A stretch of 63,666 nt of DNA, filler included, from Licmophora abbreviata (GCA_900291995.1; 22 parts of 22 records of this genome joined end to end with filler, not necessarily neighbours in it); one strand, 5' to 3'. Shown: positions 1 through 9,607, counted from the whole stretch's first letter. Program-made: numbers and translations. The notes: a model not told the origin generated them from the letters alone.

Positions 1-864
1 CTTTGTCTGGTCGCGCGGCGAAGAGCTGATGACGGACGGTTCCCGGAATTTGCAGGGCTGGCGGGGATGCTGCCTGACGGCACCGTGCTGGATGGGGAAA
101 TCCTGCCCTTCGATGGCGAAAACCCACTTCCTTTCAACGCCTTGCAAAAACGTCTTGGGCGCAAGACCGTCCCCGCCAAACTGCTGCGCGAAGCGCCGGT
201 GATCCTGCTGGCCTATGACCTGCTGGAAGAGCGGGGCGAGGACCTGCGCGCGCGCCCGCTGTCCGAGCGGCGCGCACGGCTGGACCGGCTGCTGGACGCC
301 ACCCCGCCAGATAGCCCCATCCGATCCTCGCCGCTTGTGGCCCATGACACATGGGAGGATCTGGCCCGGTTGCGCGAGACATCGCGCGACAGGCGGGCCG
401 AAGGGCTGATGCTCAAGCGGCGCGACAGCGCCTATCACGCGGGCCGCAAGAAAGGCGATTGGTGGAAATGGAAGCTGGATCCCCTGACCATGGACGCGGT
501 GATGATCTATGCCCAGCAGGGACATGGGCGGCGCGCCAACCTGTTCACCGATTTCACCTTTGCGGTCTGGAACGGCAACGATTTGGTGCCGTTCACCAAG
601 GCCTATTCCGGGCTGACGGATGCCGAGTTCCGGCAGATCACCGCATGGGTGCGCAAGAACACCCTGCAACGTTTTGGCCCTGTCCGTCAGGTGCGCCCCG
701 AGCATGTGTTCGAGATCGCGTTCGAGGGGATCGCCCCCTCACCCCGGCACAAATCCGGTGTGGCACTGCGCTTTCCGCGCATGAAACGCTGGCGGCACGA
801 CAAACCCGTGCAAGAGGCGGGCACGCTGACGGATCTCAAAGAGATGCTCGCGCAATACGGATGA
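1..864 (+). CDS. ATP-dependent DNA ligase, C-terminal part (5'-truncated; apparent 1-nt frameshift near nt 37)
   Basis: Ligase motifs VLDGEI, EGLMLK, WWKWKLDP, ALRFPRM. Upstream FVWSRGEELMTD is in another frame. Confidence 0.9.
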   Translation, partial: LCLVARRRADDGRFPEFAGLAGMLPDGTVLDGEILPFDGENPLPFNALQKRLGRKTVPAKLLREAPVILLAYDLLEERGEDLRARPLSERRARLDRLLDATPPDSPIRSSPLVAHDTWEDLARLRETSRDRRAEGLMLKRRDSAYHAGRKKGDWWKWKLDPLTMDAVMIYAQQGHGRRANLFTDFTFAVWNGNDLVPFTKAYSGLTDAEFRQITAWVRKNTLQRFGPVRQVRPEHVFEIAFEGIAPSPRHKSGVALRFPRMKRWRHDKPVQEAGTLTDLKEMLAQYG

Positions 865-867
865 AGG

Positions 868-894
868 CTTGAGCCGCCCTGCCCCGCACCATAT
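868..894 (+). promoter_or_regulatory. RpoH (sigma-32)-type promoter for pepF
   Basis: CTTG-N17-CCATAT about 30 nt upstream of the ATG; matches the alphaproteobacterial RpoH consensus. Confidence 0.55.
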
Positions 895-926
895 GTCTGA
901 AGCAAGAAAACAAAGGAGATTTCCGC

Positions 927-2747
927 ATGTTCCACCTGCCCTCCCCCGCCCATGACGCCAATGCCGGTTCCGGCGACGACAATCTGGGCCGTTTGCCGGA
1001 ATGGGACCTGACGGATCTTTATGAAAGCCCCGATGCCCCTGCGCTCAAGCGGGATATGGACTGGTTGGAAAAGGCCTGCGCCGATTTCGCCGCCGATTAC
1101 GAAGGCAAGCTGGCCGATCTGGATGCGGCGGGGATGCTGGACTGTCTCAAGCGCGACGAGAAGATCAGCAATATCGCCGGGCGGGTCATGTCCTTTGCGG
1201 TGCTGCGCTATCAGCAGCAGACCACGGATGGCGACCGCGCAAAGTTTCTGTCGGATTGTCAGGAAAAGGTGACCACCTACACCACGCCGCTGGTGTTCTT
1301 CACGCTGGAGCTGAACCGGCTGGAGGAGGACGCGCTGAACGCCCTCTATGAGGCGAGCGCAGAGTTGGCGCGCTACAAGCCGGTGCTGGACCGTATCCGC
1401 GCGATGAAGCCCTACCAACTGTCTGATGAGCTTGAGAAATTCCTGCATGACATGGGTGTGGTCGGCGATGCCTGGGAACGGCTGTTCGACGAGACGATCT
1501 CGGGCCTCAGCTTCACCGTGGATGGTGAGGAGTTGGGGATCGAATCCACCCTCAACCTGCTGACCGATCAGGACCGCAGCCAGCGCGAGGCGGCGGCACG
1601 GGAACTGGCGCGGGTGTTCGGCGCCAATGTCCGGACCTTTGCCCGGGTCCACAACACCAGCGCAAAAGAAAAAGAAGTCATCGACCGCTGGCGCGGCATG
1701 CCGACGCCGCAGACGGGCCGTCACCTGTCCAACGATGTGGAGCCCGAGGTGGTCGAGGCGCTGCGCGATGCGGTGGTGAACGCCTATCCCAAGCTGAGCC
1801 ACCGGTATTACGACCTCAAGCGCAAATGGCTGGGGCTGGACGTGATGCAGGTCTGGGACCGCAATGCGCCGCTGCCGATCGAAGACAAGAAGATCATGGA
1901 CTGGACCAGTGCCCGCGACATCGTGATGGAGGCCTATTCGGCCTTCGATCCGCGCATGGGAGAGCTGGCAGAGCCTTTCTTTTCAAAGGGTTGGATAGAT
2001 GCGGGCGTGAAGCCGGGCAAGGCGCCGGGTGCTTTCGCGCATCCCACGGTGACGGATGTGCACCCCTATGTGATGCTCAATTATCTGGGCAAACCACGGG
2101 ACGTGATGACGCTGGCGCATGAGCTGGGCCACGGGGTGCATCAGGTGCTGGCCGCCGGTCAGGGCGAGTTGCTGGCCAATACGCCGCTGACCCTGGCCGA
2201 GACAGCAAGCGTCTTTGGCGAGATGCTGACCTTCCGCAAGATGCTGGAAAAGGCCGCCACCGACACCGAGCGCAAGGTGCTGCTGGCGGGCAAGGTCGAG
2301 GACATGATCAACACCGTGGTGCGGCAGATCGCGTTCTACGATTTCGAATGCAAACTGCATGACGCCCGCCGTGGCGGAGAGCTGACACCCAATGATATCA
2401 ATGCCTTGTGGATGTCAGTTCAGGCGGAATCCCTTGGGCCAGCATTCGAGTTCATGGACGGCTACGAGACCTTCTGGGCCTATATCCCGCATTTCGTCCA
2501 CTCGCCCTTCTATGTCTATGCCTATGCCTTTGGCGACGGGCTGGTGAATGCGCTTTATGCTGTCTACGAGGAAAGCCCCGAAGGGTTCGAGGACAAGTAT
2601 TTCGACATGCTCAAGGCGGGCGGATCGAAGCACCACAAGGCCTTGCTGGAGCCGTTCGGACTGGATGCCAGCGACCCGGCGTTCTGGGACAAGGGGTTGA
2701 GCATGATTTCGCGGCTGATCGACGAGTTGGAGGCAATGGAGGATTAA
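927..2747 (+). CDS. pepF: M3 family oligoendopeptidase F
   Basis: 606 aa; HELGH zinc motif, GKAPGAF, LAETASVF; AAGGAG RBS. Confidence 0.92.
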   Translation: MFHLPSPAHDANAGSGDDNLGRLPEWDLTDLYESPDAPALKRDMDWLEKACADFAADYEGKLADLDAAGMLDCLKRDEKISNIAGRVMSFAVLRYQQQTTDGDRAKFLSDCQEKVTTYTTPLVFFTLELNRLEEDALNALYEASAELARYKPVLDRIRAMKPYQLSDELEKFLHDMGVVGDAWERLFDETISGLSFTVDGEELGIESTLNLLTDQDRSQREAAARELARVFGANVRTFARVHNTSAKEKEVIDRWRGMPTPQTGRHLSNDVEPEVVEALRDAVVNAYPKLSHRYYDLKRKWLGLDVMQVWDRNAPLPIEDKKIMDWTSARDIVMEAYSAFDPRMGELAEPFFSKGWIDAGVKPGKAPGAFAHPTVTDVHPYVMLNYLGKPRDVMTLAHELGHGVHQVLAAGQGELLANTPLTLAETASVFGEMLTFRKMLEKAATDTERKVLLAGKVEDMINTVVRQIAFYDFECKLHDARRGGELTPNDINALWMSVQAESLGPAFEFMDGYETFWAYIPHFVHSPFYVYAYAFGDGLVNALYAVYEESPEGFEDKYFDMLKAGGSKHHKALLEPFGLDASDPAFWDKGLSMISRLIDELEAMED

Positions 2748-2797
2748 CCCGCGTCGCGAATCGCCCCAAGCCTCTGGTTAACAAGGAAAAATGGCTT

Positions 2798-2839
2798 TCG
2801 GTATTGCGTCGGTATCACGTCGGTATCGCGTCGGTATCC
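2798..2839. repeat. 11-bp tandem repeat (CGTCGGTATCN, about 4 copies) between convergent genes
   Basis: TCGGTATTG CGTCGGTATCA CGTCGGTATCG CGTCGGTATCC read directly. Confidence 0.8.
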
Positions 2840-2928
2840 GGCACCGAAAAGGCGATGGTTAACGGAACGACCGCACGTATCGGGACGATCCGTACACAGG
2901 TTTGGTACGACATCGCCACGCACGGGGA

Positions 2929-4032
2929 TCAATTTCTGACGGGCAGGACCGGGCCATCGGGCTGGGCTTCGAGGACCATGTAATCCTCGAACCCGCCATC
3001 CCCGGAACTGGCCTGCTGGATCAACCCGCTGAGCACCCGGATCGCCGCCGGAGAGGTGGCGGGCACCGCATGGTTCAGCCCCTCGCCATCGGCGAGCGCG
3101 GTGAAGTCGATCACCTTCACATCCAGACCCGCCACCGCCTCGGGGCCGTCGATCACACCAAGGCGCGGCTTGCGACCGGTGATGAAACTGGCGAGCGAAA
3201 GCGCACGATCCTGCCGCGACACGAAGATCATGAAGGGCTGGGGCAACTGACCGATCGCTTCGGCCTGACTGCGGAAGAGATCGGGGTCAAGATCGGGTGA
3301 CATCAGGATCACACCGCTGATCCGCGACAAAAGCCGCCTGTCGCCGCGCAGCGCGGCCTGACGCATCACCTCCATCACGAGATGCGCGCCCATCGAATGA
3401 GCCAGCAGAAGCACTCGGTCGCCAGAGCCGCGTGTCAGCTCGGACAGGACCGTTTCAAGATCGTCACGGGCAAACAGCACGCTGTCGCGGTCATAGATAT
3501 AGCCGCGCGGATCACCAGAGGAGAGCCACGAGAACAGAACCGAGGGCATCCGGATGTCGAAATCCACCTGAATTTGAGCCAGTCGATACATCGCGTCGGA
3601 CAAGGTGTTGTTGTAGCCATGCACAAAGAGCATCGTCTCAGAGCCGCTCCCGTCGCGTTTGGCGCTGGCCACGAAGCGCGATGGCGTGTCGTAGACCTGT
3701 GTTTCGGTCACCACGAAATGCCGCGCGGGATCGGCGGGTTCCCCCGGCTCGGCCCATTCGACCTTTCCGGGCTGGTGGACCGGCGGGATCGAGATGGCGG
3801 CCCGGAAGAAATTGAGTTCTTCGTTGCGGGGCTGGCCGAATTCCTGCCTTGGGTGATCGAGGGCGCGTTGCGTGGCAATGTAGACGTTTTCGATATGCGC
3901 TCCGGGAAGAGCAAGGCCACGATCGGCCAAGGGGCGCGGGGCACAGGCCGCCAGCACGACAAAAGCCGCAAACATCAGACCACCCAAGGCGCGGCGATGC
4001 GAAGCACCGGTGTGAAATGCTGTTTGTGACAT
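2929..4032 (-). CDS. Alpha/beta hydrolase (DUF900-like esterase), probable lipoprotein
   Basis: FVHGYN and AHSMG nucleophile elbow, LAAC lipobox; start placed at MSQTAF. Confidence 0.8.
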   Translation of the reverse strand: MSQTAFHTGASHRRALGGLMFAAFVVLAACAPRPLADRGLALPGAHIENVYIATQRALDHPRQEFGQPRNEELNFFRAAISIPPVHQPGKVEWAEPGEPADPARHFVVTETQVYDTPSRFVASAKRDGSGSETMLFVHGYNNTLSDAMYRLAQIQVDFDIRMPSVLFSWLSSGDPRGYIYDRDSVLFARDDLETVLSELTRGSGDRVLLLAHSMGAHLVMEVMRQAALRGDRRLLSRISGVILMSPDLDPDLFRSQAEAIGQLPQPFMIFVSRQDRALSLASFITGRKPRLGVIDGPEAVAGLDVKVIDFTALADGEGLNHAVPATSPAAIRVLSGLIQQASSGDGGFEDYMVLEAQPDGPVLPVRN

Positions 4033-4093
4033 GGAAAAGCCCCTTGCGGTGTCCCGCAAGAGGCTACCGGTTTTCAGGTCCGGGTCCAAGGGA

Positions 4094-4990
4094 TCACGCA
4101 GCGGGAAGCATACCCTTTTCCGCCGCCAGTTCGCGCATGCGGTCCTGAAGCTTTTCAAAGGCCCGCACCTCAATCTGGCGAATGCGTTCGCGGCTGACAT
4201 CGTATTGCGTGCTCAGATCTTCCAGCGTCACCGTCTCGTCGCTGAGGCGGCGTTGGGTGAGAATGTCGCGCTCGCGCTCGTTGAGCACGTCCATCGCGCG
4301 GGCCAGCATCTCGCGGCGGGCTTCAAGCTCGTCGCGGCGCTCGTAATCCGACGCCTGATCGGCGTCTTCATCCTCGAGCCAGTCCTGCCACTCCATCGAG
4401 CCTTCGCCATCCGAGCCGATCTGCGCATTGAGCGAGGCATCGCCACCGGACATGCGGCGGTTCATCGAGATCACCTCGGTTTCGGTCACACCGAGATCAT
4501 GGGCGATCTGCTTGACGTTTTCGGGGCGCAAATCGCCTTCTTCGAGGGCGCCGATCTTGGCCTTGGCCTTGCGCAGGTTGAAGAACAGCTTTTTCTGCGC
4601 CGAGGTGGTGCCAAGCTTCACCATCGACCAGCTGCGCAGGATGTATTCCTGAATGCTGGCGCGAATCCACCACATCGCGTAGGTCGCAAGCCGAAAGCCG
4701 CGTTCGGGATCGAAGCGCTTGACCGCCTGCATGAGGCCGACATTCGCCTCGGAGATCACCTCGGCCGTGGGCAGGCCATAGCCGCGATAGCCCATGGCGA
4801 TCTTGGCCGCGAGACGCAGATGGCTGGTGACCATGCGATGCGCGGCCTCGGTATCCTGTTCCTCGACCCACCGCTTGGCCAGCATGTATTCTTCTTCCGG
4901 CTCAAGCAGGGGAAACTTGCGGATTTCCTGCAGATACCGGTTCAACCCGCCTTCGGGCGATGGTGCGGGAAGATTCTTGTAGTTACTCAC
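4094..4990 (-). CDS. rpoH: RNA polymerase sigma factor RpoH
   Basis: GFRLATYAMWWIRA, RpoH box QKKLFFNLRK, SRERIRQIE. Confidence 0.96.
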   Translation of the reverse strand: MSNYKNLPAPSPEGGLNRYLQEIRKFPLLEPEEEYMLAKRWVEEQDTEAAHRMVTSHLRLAAKIAMGYRGYGLPTAEVISEANVGLMQAVKRFDPERGFRLATYAMWWIRASIQEYILRSWSMVKLGTTSAQKKLFFNLRKAKAKIGALEEGDLRPENVKQIAHDLGVTETEVISMNRRMSGGDASLNAQIGSDGEGSMEWQDWLEDEDADQASDYERRDELEARREMLARAMDVLNERERDILTQRRLSDETVTLEDLSTQYDVSRERIRQIEVRAFEKLQDRMRELAAEKGMLPAA

Positions 4991-5027
4991 CTTTTATGTC
5001 CCCCTAATGTATACGCCTTTAACATGG

Positions 5028-5056
5028 ATGTGGGCGTCTTTGGGCCTGATTTCAAG
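5028..5056 (-). promoter_or_regulatory. RpoH-type (autoregulatory) promoter of rpoH
   Basis: Minus strand CTTG-N18-CCCACAT upstream of rpoH. Confidence 0.55.
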
Positions 5057-5127
5057 GGCAATGCCCCATGAACCTTAAGGGAATATGACCATGCCCGCGT
5101 TGCTTTGCGATAATTGTGACAGTCGCC

Positions 5128-6174
5128 TCACGCATCCGTGCGCGAAGGTGCGGCGCGCAGCGCGTCGATCAGCGCGGTCATGTCGTCGGGCAAGGGGGCT
5201 TCGAATTCCAACGCCTCGCCACTGACCGGGTGCACAAAGCCCAGAACGGCGGCATGGAGCGCCTGCCGGGGGAAATCGCGCGCGGCCTTCAGCCCGGCTT
5301 CGGACAGGGCGCGGAGCGGCAGCTTGCGCCGCCCGCCATAGACCGGATCGCCCACCAGCCCATGCCCGGCATGGGCCATGTGTACACGGATCTGATGGGT
5401 GCGACCGGTTTCCAGCCAGCATTCCATCAGGGCTGCGACCGGCGGCTGACCGAACGTGTCGACCACACGGGCGCGGGTGACAGCGTGGCGTCCGCCCTCG
5501 AAGGTGACGGCCTGTTTCTGCCGGTCGGTGCGATGGCGGGCAAGGCCGCTGGTGACCTTGATGATATTGCCCGTCTCGAAGCTGACGCCGCGCAACCCGC
5601 GCAGGCGCGGATCGGCGGCATCGGGCACGCCGTAGACCACGGCCCGGTAATAGCGCTCGACGCTGTGATCTTCGAACTGGGCGGCAAGCCCGTGATGGGC
5701 GCGATCCGATTTGGCAACCACCAGCAGGCCCGAGGTGTCCTTGTCGATTCGGTGTACGATGCCGGGGCGTTTCATGCCGCCGACGCCCGAAAGCGTGTCG
5801 CCGCAATGGTGCAGAAGCGCGTTGACCAGCGTGCCGCCGGGGCTGCCGGGGGCGGGATGCACCACCATGCCGGCAGGCTTGTCGATCACGATCAAGTCGT
5901 CATCCTCGAACACGATATCGAGCGGGATGGATTCGGCGACGATATGGGTGTCCTGCGCCTGAGGGACGGTGATGGCGATGCTGTCGCCCTCGCGGATGCG
6001 GCTTTTGGGATCGGTGACGGGGGTGCCGTTGACCGACACCGCACCTTCGGCGATCAGGCGGGCCAGACGGGTGCGCGACAGCGCCGCATCCTCTGGCACA
6101 TCGCGGGACAACGCCTTATCAAGGCGGGGCGGCGGATCGGCGGCGATCCGGAAGGTCACAAGGGTGGACAGCAT
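5128..6174 (-). CDS. rluD: RluA-family pseudouridine synthase (RluD type, with S4 domain)
   Basis: VHRIDKDTSGLL, LETGRTHQIRVH; N-terminal S4-like RLDKAL; adjacent to rpoH. Confidence 0.9.
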   Translation of the reverse strand: MLSTLVTFRIAADPPPRLDKALSRDVPEDAALSRTRLARLIAEGAVSVNGTPVTDPKSRIREGDSIAITVPQAQDTHIVAESIPLDIVFEDDDLIVIDKPAGMVVHPAPGSPGGTLVNALLHHCGDTLSGVGGMKRPGIVHRIDKDTSGLLVVAKSDRAHHGLAAQFEDHSVERYYRAVVYGVPDAADPRLRGLRGVSFETGNIIKVTSGLARHRTDRQKQAVTFEGGRHAVTRARVVDTFGQPPVAALMECWLETGRTHQIRVHMAHAGHGLVGDPVYGGRRKLPLRALSEAGLKAARDFPRQALHAAVLGFVHPVSGEALEFEAPLPDDMTALIDALRAAPSRTDA

Positions 6175-6274
6175 NNNNNNNNNNNNNNNNNNNNNNNNNN
6201 NNNNNNNNNNNNNNNNNNTTAATTAATTAANNNNNNNNNNNNNNNNNNNNNNNNNNNNNNNNNNNNNNNNNNNN
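6175..6274. other. Artificial contig spacer (first of 21 identical 100-nt N44-TTAATTAATTAA-N44 linkers)
   Basis: Others start at 8340, 10852, 13358, 19456, 22810, 25525, 29432, 31937, 34981, 39081, 43503, 45130, 46302, 48997, 50303, 54184, 56751, 58514, 60226, 62397. Confidence 0.99.
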
Positions 6275-6276
6275 AC

Positions 6277-6402
6277 AAACTGGCAAAGGGCCGCTCGACC
6301 GGCCGGATCGACGCGGCGGCGGCAACGGTGCTGGCCGTGGCGCAGGGCGTTCGGATGATCGGCGCACCGAAAAGCAAAGGAGGGCGGATCGCATGGACCT
6401 GA
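6277..6402 (+). CDS. Phage terminase large subunit, C-terminal fragment
   Basis: Manual translation KLAKGRSTGRIDAAAATVLAVAQG...RIAWT*; the K-x-RS-x-GRID-x3-A motif is typical of the terminase nuclease C-terminus. Confidence 0.75.
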   Translation, partial: KLAKGRSTGRIDAAAATVLAVAQGVRMIGAPKSKGGRIAWT

Positions 6403-6755
6403 CCGCAAGAGCAAGCCGGATCATCGCGGCGCAAGGGCGCGCGGTGACGTTGAAACGCGAGGCACCGGGCGAGCCTGACGGCTTCGGCGGCATGTCGCCG
6501 GGCACGGTGACGGACTATCCCGCGACGGCCGCAACGGCGCGCTACAGCGAAGAATTGGCGGCGCTGGCCGGTGGGCTTCTGGAGGTGGGCGACCTGCGCC
6601 TGTTCATGGCGGTGGACGTGGCAGTGACACCGCAACCCGATGACCGCGTGACGGCCGAGGGCGAGGATTACCGCGTGGTGCGCGTATCGCCTGTCGGGAC
6701 GGCGGGCACGGCTCACTATTACGACATGCAGGTGCGACGTGACCCGGCGGTATAG
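6393..6755 (+). CDS. Putative phage head-closure/head-tail adaptor protein
   Basis: 120 aa; G-x-x-VTL-x-R N-terminus and PQPDDRV...YRVVRV...YYDMQVRR pattern like head-completion proteins; phage context. Confidence 0.55.
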   Translation: MDLTARASRIIAAQGRAVTLKREAPGEPDGFGGMSPGTVTDYPATAATARYSEELAALAGGLLEVGDLRLFMAVDVAVTPQPDDRVTAEGEDYRVVRVSPVGTAGTAHYYDMQVRRDPAV

Positions 6756-7059
6756 CAGGCATATCACGCGCGGCCCGCGTTGGCGGGCGTTGCGGCTGGA
6801 GGCGCTGCGCCGCGATGGCTGGGCCTGCGTCCAGTGCGGCGGGCGTCACCGGCTGGAGATCGACCATATCAAGGCGGTGCGCATCGCGCCTGAACGCGCC
6901 TTCGATCTGACCAATCTGCAAACGCTCTGCGCGGCCTGTCACACGCGCAAGACCCGAATTGAGTGCGGGCATCCCGTTCTCAGTCCCGAGCGCCAGAAAT
7001 GGCGCGACCTGCTGACCATGCAGGACAACCTTTCGAGCACAGGAGATCACAATGCTTGA
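6739..7059 (+). CDS. HNH endonuclease (packaging-associated)
   Basis: RDGWACVQCG...EIDHIK...NLQTLCAACHTRKT. Confidence 0.9.
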   Translation: MTRRYSRHITRGPRWRALRLEALRRDGWACVQCGGRHRLEIDHIKAVRIAPERAFDLTNLQTLCAACHTRKTRIECGHPVLSPERQKWRDLLTMQDNLSSTGDHNA

Positions 7060-8314
7060 ATCGAAGAAACTGGAGCTTCGCCGCTCCGAAATCCGGCAAG
7101 AGCTGGCAACGCTGGCAGCAAAGCCGGAACCGACCGAGGATGAAGTGCGCAGCATGGAATCGCTCGACAAGGAATATCGCACGGCCGAGACCCGCTATCG
7201 CGCGGCGCTTGTGGCCGAGGATGAAGAACGGCGCGAGGCCGGGGGCGAATTGGAAACCCGCGATTCGAAGGAATGGGCCGAGATGCTGGGCCGCTTCGAG
7301 GTGCGCCAAGTCGCGGCGGCGCTCGACCACGGGCACCAAATCGACGGCGAGACGGCCGAGATCGTGCAAGAGCTGCGCAGCCAAGGGGCCTATCAGGGCA
7401 TCCCGGTGCCGTGGCAGGCGCTGGAGCGCCGGGCCGGTGAAACCATCGCAAGCGGCACCCCGGACCCGATGCAGACCCGGCCGATCATCGACCGTCTGTT
7501 CCCGCAATCGGTGGCAAGCCGCATGGGCGGGCAAATGGTCAATGTCGGGCAAGGCGAGCTGGAATATCCGGTTGCCACGTCCGGCGCATCGGTGGGCTGG
7601 CAGGCGTCGGAGACGGGCGACGTTGCAAGCCCGAGTGCCTACGCCACGACCGACAAGCCGCTTGCGCCTGACAACACGCTGGGCGTGCAGATGCGCATCA
7701 CGCGCAAGACCCTGAAACAATCGGGTGCGGCTCTGGAGCAAGCGGTGCGGCGTGACATGAACGGCGCGATTGCGCAGGAAATGGACCGCGCGGCCTTCCT
7801 GGGCGCGGGTTCCAATGGCGAGCCTCTGGGCGTCATCGCGGGCGCTTCGACCTATGGCATCACGGAAACGGCCGTTGATGCGGCGGCGGCATGGTCGGCG
7901 TTCCGGTCGGCGGTGGTGCGGTTTATGACGGCGAACGCGGCGGGCAGCCCGGACGCGGTGCGCCTGCTGATCCGGCCCGAGGTTTGGGACGCAATGGACG
8001 GCACCTATATCGACACCGGCACGGGCGTTACCGAATGGGACCGGCTCACCCGCAACATTCCGGCGGGCAATGTCGCCATGTCTCCGAACGCGCTTGCCGA
8101 TCCGACCGGCAGCCCGGCGGCGTCCAATGCGCTGTTGACCACGAACGCGGGCGGCGTCTCGCCTTTCTTCGTGGCGACGTGGGGCGCGGTCGATCTGATC
8201 CGCGACCCCTACACCGACGCGGCGTCCGGTGGCCTGCGCCTCACGGCGCTTGCGACGATGGACATCACGGTTGCGCGGGCCGCGCAGCTCGAAGTCCTGA
8301 CGGGCATCCAGTGA
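7052..8314 (+). CDS. Phage major capsid protein (HK97 family)
   Basis: 420 aa; coiled-coil N-terminal delta domain, EMDRAAFLGAGSNGEPLGV, LIRDPYT; AGGAG RBS. Confidence 0.88.
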   Translation: MLESKKLELRRSEIRQELATLAAKPEPTEDEVRSMESLDKEYRTAETRYRAALVAEDEERREAGGELETRDSKEWAEMLGRFEVRQVAAALDHGHQIDGETAEIVQELRSQGAYQGIPVPWQALERRAGETIASGTPDPMQTRPIIDRLFPQSVASRMGGQMVNVGQGELEYPVATSGASVGWQASETGDVASPSAYATTDKPLAPDNTLGVQMRITRKTLKQSGAALEQAVRRDMNGAIAQEMDRAAFLGAGSNGEPLGVIAGASTYGITETAVDAAAAWSAFRSAVVRFMTANAAGSPDAVRLLIRPEVWDAMDGTYIDTGTGVTEWDRLTRNIPAGNVAMSPNALADPTGSPAASNALLTTNAGGVSPFFVATWGAVDLIRDPYTDAASGGLRLTALATMDITVARAAQLEVLTGIQ

Positions 8315-8339
8315 TGCTCTGGGGCGGAGTAGCAGGCGG
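8314..8339 (+). CDS. Start of next gene (probably HK97-type prohead protease), truncated by gap
   Basis: ATG overlaps the capsid stop (TGATG) and reads MLWGGVAG; identity inferred only from context. Confidence 0.35.
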
Positions 8340-8439
8340 NNNNNNNNNNNNNNNNNNNNNNNNNNNNNNNNNNNNNNNNNNNNTTAATTAATTAANNNNN
8401 NNNNNNNNNNNNNNNNNNNNNNNNNNNNNNNNNNNNNNN

Positions 8440-9225
8440 GACCGGCTTGTGCCCGTATCGGATTGGGATTTGTCCACCCGCGACGGCGAGCCGCGGGCCT
8501 ATCGGCTGAGCGTGTCGGAAGCGGGCGGAGGGCGCACGCAAACCGCCTTGGCGGGCGAGGTGCTGCACCTGCGTATCGGATCCGATCCGGTTGCGCCTTG
8601 GCTGGGCGTTGCACCGCTCAGGCGGGCGCAGCTCACGGCCGGGATGCTGCACGCGGTCGAGACTGCGCTTTCCGAGGCTTTCGAGAATATGCCGCTTGGC
8701 TCTCAGATCGTGCCTTTTCCCGAAACCGAGGATACCGACCTGACCAAGCTGGCGCGGGGCTTCAAGGGCGCGCGCGGCAAGCTGCTGTTGCGGGAATCGG
8801 TGCAGGTGACGGCGGCGGGCGGGCCTGCCCCTGCGCAGGACTGGAGGCCAAGCGATGTAACCCCGGACCTGAGCCGGGCCATGACGCGCGAGACGCTCAC
8901 AGCGGCGCGGGATGCGATTTGCGGCGCGTTCGGCGTCCTGCCGGGCTTGCTCTACAACGCGACCACGGGGCCGCTTGTGCGCGAAGCACAACGCCACCTT
9001 GCAACATACACGCTCCAGCCCGTCGCGGCGCTCTTGGCCGAGGAAGCAACGGTGAAGCTGGGGCAGCCGGTTGCGGTGGACGTGATGCAGCCGCTCCAAG
9101 CCTATGACGCGGGCGGGCGTGCCCGAGCGGCGGCCGGGATCGTTCAGGCGCTGGCGCAGGCGAAAGAGGCGGGCGTAGATGCTGACACGGCAATGAAGCT
9201 GGTGGGCTGGAATGCCGAGGGCTGA
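8440..9225 (+). CDS. Phage portal protein (5'-truncated)
   Basis: EVLHLRIG..PW.GVAPL and RDAICGAFGVLPGLL motifs typical of HK97-like portals. Confidence 0.8.
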   Translation, partial: DRLVPVSDWDLSTRDGEPRAYRLSVSEAGGGRTQTALAGEVLHLRIGSDPVAPWLGVAPLRRAQLTAGMLHAVETALSEAFENMPLGSQIVPFPETEDTDLTKLARGFKGARGKLLLRESVQVTAAGGPAPAQDWRPSDVTPDLSRAMTRETLTAARDAICGAFGVLPGLLYNATTGPLVREAQRHLATYTLQPVAALLAEEATVKLGQPVAVDVMQPLQAYDAGGRARAAAGIVQALAQAKEAGVDADTAMKLVGWNAEG

Positions 9226-9253
9226 GCGGCAAAAGGTCAGATCGGCTCAACGC

Positions 9254-9607
9254 ATGGCAAGGACAATGGCGATTGTCATTGTGCGCGACTTTCGCGACGG
9301 CGTGATCGGCTCCAAGTTCGCCTATGAAGGCTGTTTCATCGCGGAATTGAGATCGTCGCTTTGCCTTGCGGGCTGGCCGTGGCCGGTGGCAGATCAAGCC
9401 GCGCGCAATGTCGTGGCCGAGGCGCTACGGCTTGCGCGGGCATCTAGGCCAACATGGGCCGAGGGGCAGCGGGCCTTTGCCGGCGTCGAGGTTAAGGATT
9501 CCGTCTGTCGCCAGTGTGGCGTCGGACTGCGCGAGCGGCAGGTGCACTATTGTTCCAACAGGTGCGCAAAAGCGTGGAACGCGGCGTTCAATGCCGAAGC
9601 CGCTTAG
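9254..9607 (+). CDS. Hypothetical protein with C-terminal CxxC...CxxxC zinc module
   Basis: VCRQCG...YCSNRC; co-oriented after the portal; start uncertain (9212 or 9254). Confidence 0.6.
   Translation: MARTMAIVIVRDFRDGVIGSKFAYEGCFIAELRSSLCLAGWPWPVADQAARNVVAEALRLARASRPTWAEGQRAFAGVEVKDSVCRQCGVGLRERQVHYCSNRCAKAWNAAFNAEAA

Noticed and set aside
6275..9225. Gene transfer agent (RcGTA-like) cluster
   Set aside because: The gene order differs, an HNH gene is present, no tail genes follow, and the cluster abuts a tRNA.
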